From an uncultured bacterium (GTDB lineage Bacteria > Patescibacteriota > Minisyncoccia > UBA6257 > 2-01-FULL-56-20): a stretch of DNA of 64,000 bases. Both the position numbers and the translations under genes were made by a program. The notes under the pieces are model-generated. The model was given only the letters and a program-made list of their open reading frames with translations, was not told the DNA's origin and did not search any database. Location of the stretch: positions 687,893-751,892 of the forward strand of contig OY970126.1 of the NCBI GenBank assembly GCA_963705915.1. The letters run 5' to 3'. How positions within the stretch are numbered: position 1 is the stretch's first letter; each line of letters starts with the position of its first letter. Of this stretch, positions 55,700-64,000 are shown piece after piece.

Positions 55700-56761
55700 A
55701 TGGAAAAACCGAGAATCATTGTAGTAGGCGCCGCATGGTACGGCGACTGGGCAAAAAGTTTTTATCAAGCGTTTGAGCGTCTCGGCTATCAGACTGAAAT
55801 TGTGTACAACAATTCATTGCCTGCGCCGATAGGCGGCAATAAAGATGGGGTCACATCATGGTTTGAGAAGGCCAAGCTTACCATGAAGAAAAATCCGCGC
55901 CTTTTTGCGTTTCTCAAAAATATCCGCCAGCGGCTTTCCGAGCGTGAAATTCTTGTGCGTCTCGGAAGAGCTGACCTGAATCGTGACGAGGCAGTTATTA
56001 TTTTTGTTTGGACTCCTGGGTCAACATGGGTTCTGGAAAAATTACGGAGCAAGAAAAACATAAAACTGGTGCTCTGGCTCGGTGAACCCGTGGTGCGCGA
56101 CGCTTCATGGGAACCGAAGTTTGATTACTTTGATCGAATCTTCATGGTAGACGAAGGTGTTTGGAAGGATGCACTTTCGGAAAAAAATAAAGAACGAGTC
56201 CAGCTCTTACCGCTGTCTTCCGACGATTCCATTTTCCATCCACTCGCCGATGTGCCGGCAGCCTATCGTTCGGACGTGGCGTTCGTCGGCAAGTATCTTC
56301 CTTCGCGCGCAAAATCACTCGAACCCCTCAAGGATTATGATTTGAAAATCTATGGCTACGGCTGGGAGACCGGCTTTGATGATTTTCCTTGGCTTAAAAA
56401 CGCCTATAAGGGAAGCATTGCAACCGAGGATTTGAATTATGTTTACAATGGCACAAAAATTGCCATCGGGACGCTCGGCATGCCGAAAGATCCATATACA
56501 ACGGCAACCATGCGCACATTCGATATCGGCCTCACCGGCACATTTCAAGTGAGCGAAGAAATTGCGCTCTCTAAGAAGTTATTCGGTGATTCGATCGGAT
56601 TTTATAAAGACAATGCCGATCTTGCCCATCTCGTCTCATATTATCTTTCGCACGACAAGGAACGAAAAGAAAAAGGGGATCGCTCGCGGCATATTGCTGA
56701 GCGATGGTCATATAGCGAAGACGCAAAGCGCGTTCTCCGTGCATGTGGGTATGAAGCATAG
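55700..56761 (+). CDS. glycosyltransferase, CgeB-like (DUF3880 + Glyco_trans_1_2)
   Basis: family-level resemblance only. Confidence 0.5.
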   Translation: MEKPRIIVVGAAWYGDWAKSFYQAFERLGYQTEIVYNNSLPAPIGGNKDGVTSWFEKAKLTMKKNPRLFAFLKNIRQRLSEREILVRLGRADLNRDEAVIIFVWTPGSTWVLEKLRSKKNIKLVLWLGEPVVRDASWEPKFDYFDRIFMVDEGVWKDALSEKNKERVQLLPLSSDDSIFHPLADVPAAYRSDVAFVGKYLPSRAKSLEPLKDYDLKIYGYGWETGFDDFPWLKNAYKGSIATEDLNYVYNGTKIAIGTLGMPKDPYTTATMRTFDIGLTGTFQVSEEIALSKKLFGDSIGFYKDNADLAHLVSYYLSHDKERKEKGDRSRHIAERWSYSEDAKRVLRACGYEA

Positions 56762-56835
56762 CTTTGTTTGACTTAATAGCGCGGCTTACGTACAATGTCC
56801 TTCGGTACCATTTCAGATTATGAGGAGGTGTTTGT

Positions 56836-57285
56836 TTGACTACGTTGAGAGCATTGGTAACTACAGCCAAGCCGCAACATACTGATCCACGCCGGACGAT
56901 CTGGGAGCCGGTCAATGGCAACCTTGGAAAATTCTGCCGGCTTAACTATTTCAACTGGACTGGTGCCGAAGCGCCTGGCGGAAACCACTATCACGAGAAA
57001 AATGTCGAAGTGTTCTTTGTGGTCGAAGGCGAGATCGCAAAGATGGTCATCGAGAATATCGACACCAAGGAACGCGGGCATTGGGAACACCTCGGCATTG
57101 GCACGGTCATTCACATGCCAGTTCGACACGCCCACGCGCTCGTCCTCACGCCCGGCAGTCGCATGGTTGTGCTTGCGTCCCAGCCGTTCTCCGAAGACGA
57201 TCAGGACCTGAATCCATACGTGCTGCTCGACAAGAAGACCGGCGAGGAAATTCAACAGCAAGAAGTGGCTGCGCTCAGAACCTAG
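56836..57285 (+). CDS. cupin-fold sugar 3,4-ketoisomerase-like protein (WxcM/FdtA-like)
   Basis: HYHEK...HAHALVLTPGSRMVVLASQPFSEDD; TTG start 6 nt after GAGGAGG RBS. Confidence 0.5.
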   Translation: MTTLRALVTTAKPQHTDPRRTIWEPVNGNLGKFCRLNYFNWTGAEAPGGNHYHEKNVEVFFVVEGEIAKMVIENIDTKERGHWEHLGIGTVIHMPVRHAHALVLTPGSRMVVLASQPFSEDDQDLNPYVLLDKKTGEEIQQQEVAALRT

Positions 57286-57305
57286 CTCCCGCACCGGCTA
57301 CAAAA

Positions 57306-57342
57306 GGCGTTGCACATTAAAACGTGCAGCGCCTTCTTTTTT
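57306..57342 (+). terminator. intrinsic terminator after the cupin gene
   Basis: stem ggcgttgcac / gtgcagcgcc (one G-U), loop attaaaac, then TTCTTTTTTATT. Confidence 0.6.
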
Positions 57343-57546
57343 ATTGACCCTTTGACCAAAAAGCTTTCTTGTGGTAATGTTCTGCCGCATGTAAAACGAT
57401 CTTTGACATTACAAGGAGATAGTGGTGACCGATTTCCTCGGTAACCCGCCACTCTTCCAAAACTGCTCCGAACTCATCTACGCAACCAAATCCATGCACG
57501 AGCCTATCAAGAAATACTTGAACGGCGCCTGAGGAGGGCGACCATC

Positions 57547-58200
57547 GTGAAAAAACTGATTGATCGCGAAGAAAGACCTTTGTCGCCTACTGGCGAGAAC
57601 ACGTACGGGCTGAAAGTGTACCGTGACGTGTTCCAGACAGATAAGGGCGAAGAGATTCACTGGAATTTTGATCTTCCCGACGGCCTCGTCGTTTTTCCTA
57701 TCACAGACCAAGGGGAGGTTGTTGCCATCAGAAGATGGCGTCCCGGCGTCGGCGAATATCCGCAGCTTCCGGCAGAAAGCCTGGAGCCCGGGGAAGTCGA
57801 AGAACTTCGGCGCGCTATAAGGGAGGATGACGAAATTCGCATCCCTGCTATAACCGAAAAAATTGCCAAACGTTGCTTGCAGGAGGAGACTGGTTATTCA
57901 TCCGAGCGCATCCGTTTGCTCACGACGATCTCGCAGTACAGCGGCAAAACCCCGGCGGTCCATTGTTTCTGTCTTGCTGAAGGCTGCTTCAAAACGACAG
58001 CCGAAGGACCAGGAGAGAAAGATGAGGGTATTACACTCCTTCCGCTAGCGAAGCCGGATGTCATCTGGAAGATTCTCGTTAATTATTTACGGGATCGACC
58101 GGGTGAGATTCATGGGGGCAAAAACAGCATCGTCGGCGTCGTCCTCGCGCTCCAGGAACTCGGCATGCTCCACGTATCCGGATCGCGCAATACAATTTAG
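57547..58200 (+). CDS. NUDIX-like hydrolase (divergent Nudix box)
   Basis: GE...REDDEIRIPAITEKIAKRCLQEETGY, a Nudix box with an insertion; GTG start after GAGGAGGG RBS. Confidence 0.45.
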   Translation: MKKLIDREERPLSPTGENTYGLKVYRDVFQTDKGEEIHWNFDLPDGLVVFPITDQGEVVAIRRWRPGVGEYPQLPAESLEPGEVEELRRAIREDDEIRIPAITEKIAKRCLQEETGYSSERIRLLTTISQYSGKTPAVHCFCLAEGCFKTTAEGPGEKDEGITLLPLAKPDVIWKILVNYLRDRPGEIHGGKNSIVGVVLALQELGMLHVSGSRNTI

Positions 58201-58224
58201 ACATCTCATCTAAGGAGGCAGTGC

Positions 58225-58779
58225 ATGAAGGATAAGACTGTTGTCTGTATCGTTGGACTTCCGCTTTCGGGCAAAACATCGCTCGGAGAGGCGCTCAGAG
58301 AGGCCACCGGGGAACATTTCATCGACATCGATGATGGTCCCGCTCACTGTGCCCCGCCGCAAGAGAACAACCCGTATCACGACGAAGAGTCGAAAGCTCG
58401 CGAACGGAACAGGATGATCACGGCATACACCGTTCTCCACGCCGCCGTCTCGTCAAACCTGGAATTTGGGCGATCGATCATCGTATCGGCGACGTATTCG
58501 CGGGCATCGACTCAGGATTTTCTGAAGACGGCCGTGGATAGTCAGGGAGGGTCGCTCAAAGTCATTTGGTGCGGATTCAACGACACTCCCGAAGAAATCG
58601 AGCGCCGCGTGAATGCCAGAGTGAAAAGCGGCGCCCGAGGCGGGTGTCGGTCGGTTACTCACTATCTCGACGACAAAGCACGGTTTGTTCCCTTTGAGAC
58701 GGACTGCCGGATCAAGGTGAACACGTCAGAATCGATCGCTACCTGCGTGGCGCAGGCTCTCGCGTTCGTGAGTAGTTAG
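58225..58779 (+). CDS. P-loop NTPase / small-molecule kinase-like protein
   Basis: Walker A GLPLSGKTS. Confidence 0.5.
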   Translation: MKDKTVVCIVGLPLSGKTSLGEALREATGEHFIDIDDGPAHCAPPQENNPYHDEESKARERNRMITAYTVLHAAVSSNLEFGRSIIVSATYSRASTQDFLKTAVDSQGGSLKVIWCGFNDTPEEIERRVNARVKSGARGGCRSVTHYLDDKARFVPFETDCRIKVNTSESIATCVAQALAFVSS

Positions 58780-58898
58780 TTTGCAATCAGCATAAAGGCT
58801 GTGTCTGGGATCATTCCGACACGGCCTCTTTTTTTCCATTTTTTACAGTGCTATTTTTGACTTTTCCTGGCATTTGCGACATTCTATAGCGTATAGCA

Positions 58899-59477
58899 AT
58901 GATTCATTCATACCTCGAAGAATCTATCGAATTACAAAAGAAAGTGCTTGCGGACAAAGGGATTGCGGACACTTTTAATCAGATCGTACAAGCCACGCTT
59001 GTTTCGATAACGAACGGCGGCAAGATTTTGGTTGCCGGCAATGGCGGCAGCGCGGCCGACGCCCAGCATTTCGCTGCGGAATTCGTTGCGATGTATAAAA
59101 TCGCGCGGCGGGCGCATCCTGCCGTTGCATTCACAACTGATGCTTCAATCCTCACGGCAGTGAGCAACGATTATGCTTTTGAAAATATTTTTTCTCGCCA
59201 GATGGAAGCGCTCGGCAGAAAAGGCGATATCTTTTTTGCACTCACAACGAGCGGAAAGTCGAAGAACCTGATCAACGCTTTAAAGACAGCAAAAGCGAAC
59301 GGGGTTACGACAGTCGCCCTTCTTGGTAAAGGTGGCGGTGAAACCAAAGGCTTGGCGGATCACGAAATTATCATCCCATCCGATAACACCCCGCGCATTC
59401 AGGAAGTGCAGAAGCTTATTTTGCACAGTATCGCAGAAGAAGTTGAGAGGCGGCATTACGCAGAATACCTTTCATAA
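58899..59477 (+). CDS. gmhA: D-sedoheptulose-7-phosphate isomerase (SIS domain)
   Basis: GNGGSAADAQHFAAE ... TTSGKS SIS motifs, 192 aa. Confidence 0.85.
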   Translation: MIHSYLEESIELQKKVLADKGIADTFNQIVQATLVSITNGGKILVAGNGGSAADAQHFAAEFVAMYKIARRAHPAVAFTTDASILTAVSNDYAFENIFSRQMEALGRKGDIFFALTTSGKSKNLINALKTAKANGVTTVALLGKGGGETKGLADHEIIIPSDNTPRIQEVQKLILHSIAEEVERRHYAEYLS

Positions 59478-60406
59478 TGGATTCAACGATATATACGATT
59501 GGCGAGACAGAACTCGCCCCTATATTTGATGGCAAAGTGAGTGATCGAGTTAGCCATAAAATTCGCGAAATAAATTTGCAGTATACAAAGCTTACGTCTG
59601 AGGAGCGTGATGCATGCATTCGGCGCATCGTAGAGGCGCTACTGGGTCCTGAGCTCGAAATTGTGGGCGAGCACCGGCACGAAAAATGGGAAAAAGGCTG
59701 GGGTGAAAATTTGGCGATGCTCAAGAAGGGCGAAAAGAACGCCCTCGTGCCAATCTATTTCCGTAAAGACCAAATCGCGAGATGGAAACAGGATTTCATC
59801 AAGCCGACGAGGCCTGGTTTTGATTATGGCGCACTCACTATCATTCTCGAATGGCTTTATGAAAAATACATGAGCGATGCATCGGCCGTTTATGAGTTTG
59901 GCTGTGGCACGGGACATCATCTTCCGCAAGTGCAAGCAATCAACCCAACGACGAAAATTTTCGGTCTCGACTGGGCAGCCGCTTCACAGGAAATCATTAA
60001 AGAGATGGTAAAAAGCGGCGCACTTCATCATGCCGAGGGACATCGTTTCGATTTCTTCGACCCCGATTATTCTTTTGATATCGAGCATGATGGTGTTGTT
60101 TATACCGTTGCTGCTCTTGAACAAGTGGGCGAACGCCACAAAGCGTTCGTCGAGTATCTTTTGGAAAAGAAACCGAAGCTTTGTGTTCATGTCGAGCCGA
60201 TCGCTGAAGTGCTAGACCCAGGGCATCTTGCCGACTATCTTTCTATCGAATATTTCAGAAAAAGAAAATATCTTTGGGGATTTTTGACGCACCTTCGTGA
60301 ACTCGAGGCATCCGGCAAGGTGAAAATCCACGATGTGCGGCGAACCTATCTTGGCGGTAATATGTTTGTTGATCATTATTCCGTTGTTGTTTGGTCACCG
60401 GCATAG
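59477..60406 (+). CDS. class I SAM-dependent methyltransferase
   Basis: motif I EFGCGTGHH; start ATG overlaps the gmhA stop (TAATG). Confidence 0.65.
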   Translation: MDSTIYTIGETELAPIFDGKVSDRVSHKIREINLQYTKLTSEERDACIRRIVEALLGPELEIVGEHRHEKWEKGWGENLAMLKKGEKNALVPIYFRKDQIARWKQDFIKPTRPGFDYGALTIILEWLYEKYMSDASAVYEFGCGTGHHLPQVQAINPTTKIFGLDWAAASQEIIKEMVKSGALHHAEGHRFDFFDPDYSFDIEHDGVVYTVAALEQVGERHKAFVEYLLEKKPKLCVHVEPIAEVLDPGHLADYLSIEYFRKRKYLWGFLTHLRELEASGKVKIHDVRRTYLGGNMFVDHYSVVVWSPA

Positions 60407-60456
60407 TCACGCCACAGTCACTTTGAAAAGCACAAAGCAAGTGTTACGATAATCGA

Positions 60457-60987
60457 ATGGAATTTCTCAAAACAAAATTGGATGGCGTGCTACTTATTAA
60501 GCCCGATACGGCGGAAGATTTTCGCGGAACATACACCGAAACCTACAACGAAGAAATTTATAAAAAGAACGGTATCACCATCGATTTTGTGCAAGACGAT
60601 TATTCAACGTCGTCTAAGCATGTGCTTCGGGGGTTGCATGGCGATGCAAAAACATGGAAGCTTATCGACTGCATGCACGGCAGTTTCTATTTTGTCGTCA
60701 TGAATTATGACGAAACGTCGCCGCAATATCTCCAATGGGAATCATTCACCCTTTCAGCGCACAATCGCTGGCAGGTGCTTGTCCCGCCGAAATTTGCAAA
60801 TGGGCATTTAGCACTCACGGACGATATCATCTTCCATTACAAACAATCGGAATATTATGATCCCAAGAGCCAATTTAGCCTTAGTTACAATGATCCGAAA
60901 TTCAAAATCTGGTGGCCGGTAAAGAGCCCATACCTTTCCCGCCGGGACGAAGAAAACGAGACGAAGTTCATTAATAAGAATTATTAA
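60457..60987 (+). CDS. dTDP-4-dehydrorhamnose 3,5-epimerase-like cupin (RmlC family)
   Basis: RmlC-like sequence with the catalytic His/Tyr pattern (GLHGDAK ... YYDP). Confidence 0.75.
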   Translation: MEFLKTKLDGVLLIKPDTAEDFRGTYTETYNEEIYKKNGITIDFVQDDYSTSSKHVLRGLHGDAKTWKLIDCMHGSFYFVVMNYDETSPQYLQWESFTLSAHNRWQVLVPPKFANGHLALTDDIIFHYKQSEYYDPKSQFSLSYNDPKFKIWWPVKSPYLSRRDEENETKFINKNY

Positions 60988-60999
60988 AAAAGGAACATT

Positions 61000-61944
61000 A
61001 TGAAACCACAAAAAATACTTGTGACGGGAGGCGCCGGTTATATTGGATCTGTTTTGGTACCTGAGCTTTTGCGCGCAGGCCACGAGGTGACGGTAATTGA
61101 CAATTTTTTATACAACCAAAGTTCACTACTCGATGTTTGTAATTTCAAAACCCTCACGGTCGTCCGCGGTGATGCTCGCAATGAAGCTCTCGTAAAGAAG
61201 CACGTCGAGGGAAAGGACTTTATCATTCCGCTTGCGTGTATCGTTGGAGCGCCAGCATGCGACGCCGATCCGGTCGCCGCGCGGACGATCAACCTCGAAG
61301 CAATCCAAATGATTTTACGTTTGCGCAAACCAGAACAAAAGATTATTTTCCCGAATACGAATAGCGGATACGGCCGCATGCAGGAAGGCGTTGCGTATTG
61401 CGACGAAACGAGCGCCCTCGATCCTGTTTCGCTCTATGGCAAATTAAAGGTGCAAGCCGAGCTCGAAGTTCTCGCTTCTAAGAACGCCATCACGTTCCGC
61501 CTCGCAACGGTTTTTGGTTCAAGCCCGCGCATGCGTATGGATCTCCTCGTAAATGACTTTGTGTATCGCGCCCTTATCGATCGCACGGCCGTCCTTTTCG
61601 AACCGCACTTTAAACGCAACTACATCCACGTCCGTGATGTCGTTCGTGCATTCATGCATGGGATGGAAAATTTTGAAACAATGAAGAATGAGCCGTACAA
61701 TGTCGGCCTCTCCGATGCAAATTTGAGCAAGAGCGAACTGTGCGAAGAGATCAAAAAGCAGCTGCCAAAGTTTGTTTATATCGAATCACCGATCGGTGAA
61801 GATCCCGATAAACGCAATTACATTGTGAGCAATGCAAAAATTGAGAAGACGGGGTTCATGCCCCAATATTCACTCCAGGACGGTATCGCCGAGCTTATCA
61901 AGACGTATCAGGTTGTACAGAGGAACGACTTTACAAACCTCTGA
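61000..61944 (+). CDS. NAD-dependent epimerase/dehydratase (SDR family) sugar-nucleotide enzyme
   Basis: VTGGAGYIGS Rossmann motif; catalytic YxxxK (YGKLK). Confidence 0.8.
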   Translation: MKPQKILVTGGAGYIGSVLVPELLRAGHEVTVIDNFLYNQSSLLDVCNFKTLTVVRGDARNEALVKKHVEGKDFIIPLACIVGAPACDADPVAARTINLEAIQMILRLRKPEQKIIFPNTNSGYGRMQEGVAYCDETSALDPVSLYGKLKVQAELEVLASKNAITFRLATVFGSSPRMRMDLLVNDFVYRALIDRTAVLFEPHFKRNYIHVRDVVRAFMHGMENFETMKNEPYNVGLSDANLSKSELCEEIKKQLPKFVYIESPIGEDPDKRNYIVSNAKIEKTGFMPQYSLQDGIAELIKTYQVVQRNDFTNL

Positions 61945-62058
61945 ATTTCGCGGGGCGTGCGCATTTCATAAGCCCAAATAAGGGGGAGGATTGACTTTAT
62001 TATAGAATTGTATTAATATATACAGGCAGTTTTGAAAACAGAATACAGGAGGCTATGA

Positions 62059-62886
62059 GTGAAGGAAAAGGTAAATAATATCTGCGTCTGTGGGATTATT
62101 ACTCGGGCCAGCAATCCGTCGCAAATCTTCGTGGATCGCAAATTCCAATATCCATCGAAGGCCATTGACGGTCGTCTGTGCCCGCCCGGCGGTAATTGGT
62201 TCGGCGAAGCGGCGAATTCGGATAACACGCCGTTCGACACGTTTGTGCGCGAAATGAAGGAAGAACTCGCGCTCAAACATGGCACACAAGACATGGCCGA
62301 AATGGGTGCGCTCGATGACAGCAAACAAGAGGGGGCGTACCAGACTCCAGAAGGTTCAGCTTCTGTGACCGACGAAGACAGGGCGGATCTCGAAGTCGTG
62401 ACGAATGCGCTCGTGACCGGGGCCGAACTCTTCGGGACTTACATCATCACTACGTCCGGGCAATATTTCCTGGATGCGGATCCGAACGATAAGCGTGGAG
62501 AAAACAACCTCGTCTCGTTGTGCTGCTACTTCACAGTGTGGATCGAAGAAGCAGCCTGGAATAAGCTCGAACGTCTGCAAAAGAAGTTTGGGAATCTCTC
62601 GAATGAGAGCGTGACGCTCATCACGTCTCTCGACGAGATGCTCGCCGCGAATGCGCAGGAGACGGATCCTTACAAGCGATTTGAATTCGCGTGGGCTCAC
62701 GGCTGGGCAATGCGCGACTACTTCACACGCAATGGGTACCCCCAGGCGGACGAACTCCTACCGCCGCAGAACACCTCCGCGAGACGATTACTGACCCTGG
62801 GAATCGCTCGCTATGAGGACATCCTCGACCACTATGAAGTGGGCAAGGTTCCACCGAAGTGGCAGAAGAACATAAGCGTGGCCTGA
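62059..62886 (+). CDS. hypothetical protein
   Basis: GTG start 6 nt after AGGAGG; a degenerate Nudix-like stretch (PPGGNWFGEAA...REMKEELAL) is not convincing. Confidence 0.4.
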   Translation: MKEKVNNICVCGIITRASNPSQIFVDRKFQYPSKAIDGRLCPPGGNWFGEAANSDNTPFDTFVREMKEELALKHGTQDMAEMGALDDSKQEGAYQTPEGSASVTDEDRADLEVVTNALVTGAELFGTYIITTSGQYFLDADPNDKRGENNLVSLCCYFTVWIEEAAWNKLERLQKKFGNLSNESVTLITSLDEMLAANAQETDPYKRFEFAWAHGWAMRDYFTRNGYPQADELLPPQNTSARRLLTLGIARYEDILDHYEVGKVPPKWQKNISVA

Positions 62887-62968
62887 GGGCACTCTACATC
62901 ATGGGCTCGTGCTGAACATTCGGTACGAGCTTCTTTTATTGTTAACGCAAAACAAAAAGGAGGATCAC

Positions 62969-63772
62969 ATGATTTCCGCAGATATTGCTTTTGGGAAGAT
63001 GGCTCCGACGCATTCTTTTATGAAGGAGCTTGGGTTTCTGGTTCTCGATATTCGAGATCGGGGTCTCGGCATTGAAGAGAAAACCAGCAATCAGGACATT
63101 GTAACGATTGCTGACAAAGCCGCCGAGAAAGAACTGCTCGGATTTATTGAGCAGACATTCCCGGGCGACGGCGTGATCGGCGAAGAAGGGACCGATACTG
63201 CCTCAGAGTCCGGATATACATGGTGGCTTGATCCGATCGACGGCACGAGCAACTTTGCCGCCGGCAACGAGTTCTTCGGGATTTCCGCTGGCAGAGAACG
63301 TGAAGGTGTCGCCGAGCTCGGAGCGCTCTACTTTCCTGCGATCGAAGAATTTCATTTTGCGATTCAAGGAGAAGGATGGCGTTCGTGGAAGGGTGGCACG
63401 GGGTGGACAGGATCGACAGATCTTCATCGTACGTGCCCGATCTCGCTTAAAGAAGCGGTCATAGCAGTGGGCCTCACAAAAGATCGCCTCCATATGTTTG
63501 TCCCGCTGAAGGCAGCATGTCGAAACGTCCTTTCGTTCGGCTCATTCGTTTTCGAGGCTATGCTTGTCGCAAAGGGAGGACTTGCCGCCTATGTTCACAC
63601 CGGGGCAACGCCTTTCGATTGCGGCGCAGCGCTTCTCATTGCAGAAGAACACGGATGCGTTGTTCGGAATCTCTACACCGCTGGATCGGTCGACCTGCGA
63701 AAGCCGCCGATTCCTGTCGTCATCGCGGGGAATGAAGCGATTGCGGATCAGATCGTTGAGCTCTTTGCATGA
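62969..63772 (+). CDS. inositol monophosphatase / CysQ-family phosphatase
   Basis: WWLDPIDGTSNFA metal-binding motif; ATG 62969 preceded by AGGAGG. Confidence 0.75.
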   Translation: MISADIAFGKMAPTHSFMKELGFLVLDIRDRGLGIEEKTSNQDIVTIADKAAEKELLGFIEQTFPGDGVIGEEGTDTASESGYTWWLDPIDGTSNFAAGNEFFGISAGREREGVAELGALYFPAIEEFHFAIQGEGWRSWKGGTGWTGSTDLHRTCPISLKEAVIAVGLTKDRLHMFVPLKAACRNVLSFGSFVFEAMLVAKGGLAAYVHTGATPFDCGAALLIAEEHGCVVRNLYTAGSVDLRKPPIPVVIAGNEAIADQIVELFA

Positions 63773-63840
63773 ATTTCTATGCGGGCACCACTTGTTGGCG
63801 CCCGCTTTTGTTTTCTCAGGGTTTTCGTTAGGATAGTTCT

Positions 63841-64000
63841 ATGCAATACAAGCGCATTATGGTGACCGGCGGAAGTGCGGTGGCCGGCGATGGTTTGAAG
63901 AGTATCGTCCGAAAAGGAGAATATGCCGGACGCGAGTTTACGTTTCCGACATCAAAGGAATGCAATGTGCTCGATTTCGAAGCGACGAAAAAATATATCG
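63841..64000 (+). CDS. NAD-dependent epimerase (GDP-L-fucose synthase-like), 3'-truncated at window edge
   Basis: KRIMVTGGSAVAG ... Rossmann start; runs off the end of the window. Confidence 0.5.
   Translation, partial: MQYKRIMVTGGSAVAGDGLKSIVRKGEYAGREFTFPTSKECNVLDFEATKKYI

Noticed and set aside
57423-57533. 36-aa GTG-initiated small ORF (TDFLGNPPLFQNCSELIYATKSMHEPIKKYLNGA) before the Nudix-like gene
   Set aside because: Has a plausible RBS but is too short and unconserved-looking to call without comparative or expression evidence.
1-64000. CRISPR arrays, IS elements, transposases
   Set aside because: No regularly spaced short direct repeats, no transposase or DDE/HUH-like ORFs, and no long terminal inverted repeats were detected by eye.

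Overview
The window is 64 kb of a gene-dense bacterial chromosome at roughly 50-60% GC with a few AT-rich islands. Gene content suggests a small-genome, possibly CPR/Patescibacteria-like organism: type IV pilin-LamG fusion, RNase Y plus RNase J, many small membrane proteins. Coordinates of non-ORF features are read by eye from the sequence listing and may be off by 1-2 nt.

Well-supported genes: a beta-CASP RNase, family-4 uracil-DNA glycosylase, a ClpA/B-like AAA+ unfoldase, DNA polymerase X, a NUDIX hydrolase, rplT and rpmI with infC (non-AUG start), a sensor histidine kinase with a stand-alone receiver, a class-V aminotransferase, an SQD1-like UDP-sulfoquinovose synthase, DsbA, UppP, DinB, SmpB, ArgS, IleS, TrpS, a family-5 substrate-binding protein, SecG, GpmI and RNase Y. 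A roughly 12-kb surface-glycan locus follows: O-antigen-ligase-like protein, GDP-mannose 3,5-epimerase, GT11 fucosyltransferase, Gmd, Fcl, GmhA, an RmlC-like epimerase, SDR epimerases, a methyltransferase and an IMPase-family protein.

RNA genes found: tRNA-Arg(CCG), tRNA-Leu(CAG) and a tmRNA (ssrA) with an alanine-type G3:U70 acceptor stem and a readable tag ORF.

Most unusual observations:
1. IleRS (1177 aa) carries a ~200-aa histidine-phosphatase (PGAM-family) domain, complete with both catalytic His motifs, inserted in frame just before the KMSKS region.
2. Two diverged paralogs of a small basic protein with faint DUF4258-like motifs. One is inserted antisense inside the normally compact infC-rpmI-rplT operon; the other sits next to tRNA-Leu with an inverted repeat and a terminator.
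3. The rnj (RNase J) reading frame is broken by at least six +/-1 frameshifts, at least two in homopolymer runs; a pectate-lyase-fold gene has one more.
4. An amidase plus a small membrane protein lie just downstream of tmRNA, in a locus with lower GC.
5. An AT-richer two-gene cassette between ileS and trpS encodes a protein with an N-terminal Cys/His motif and a C-terminal sigma-70 region-4 HTH.
6. A large imperfect inverted-repeat RNA structure lies downstream of rny.

No CRISPR array, transposase or integrase was seen.
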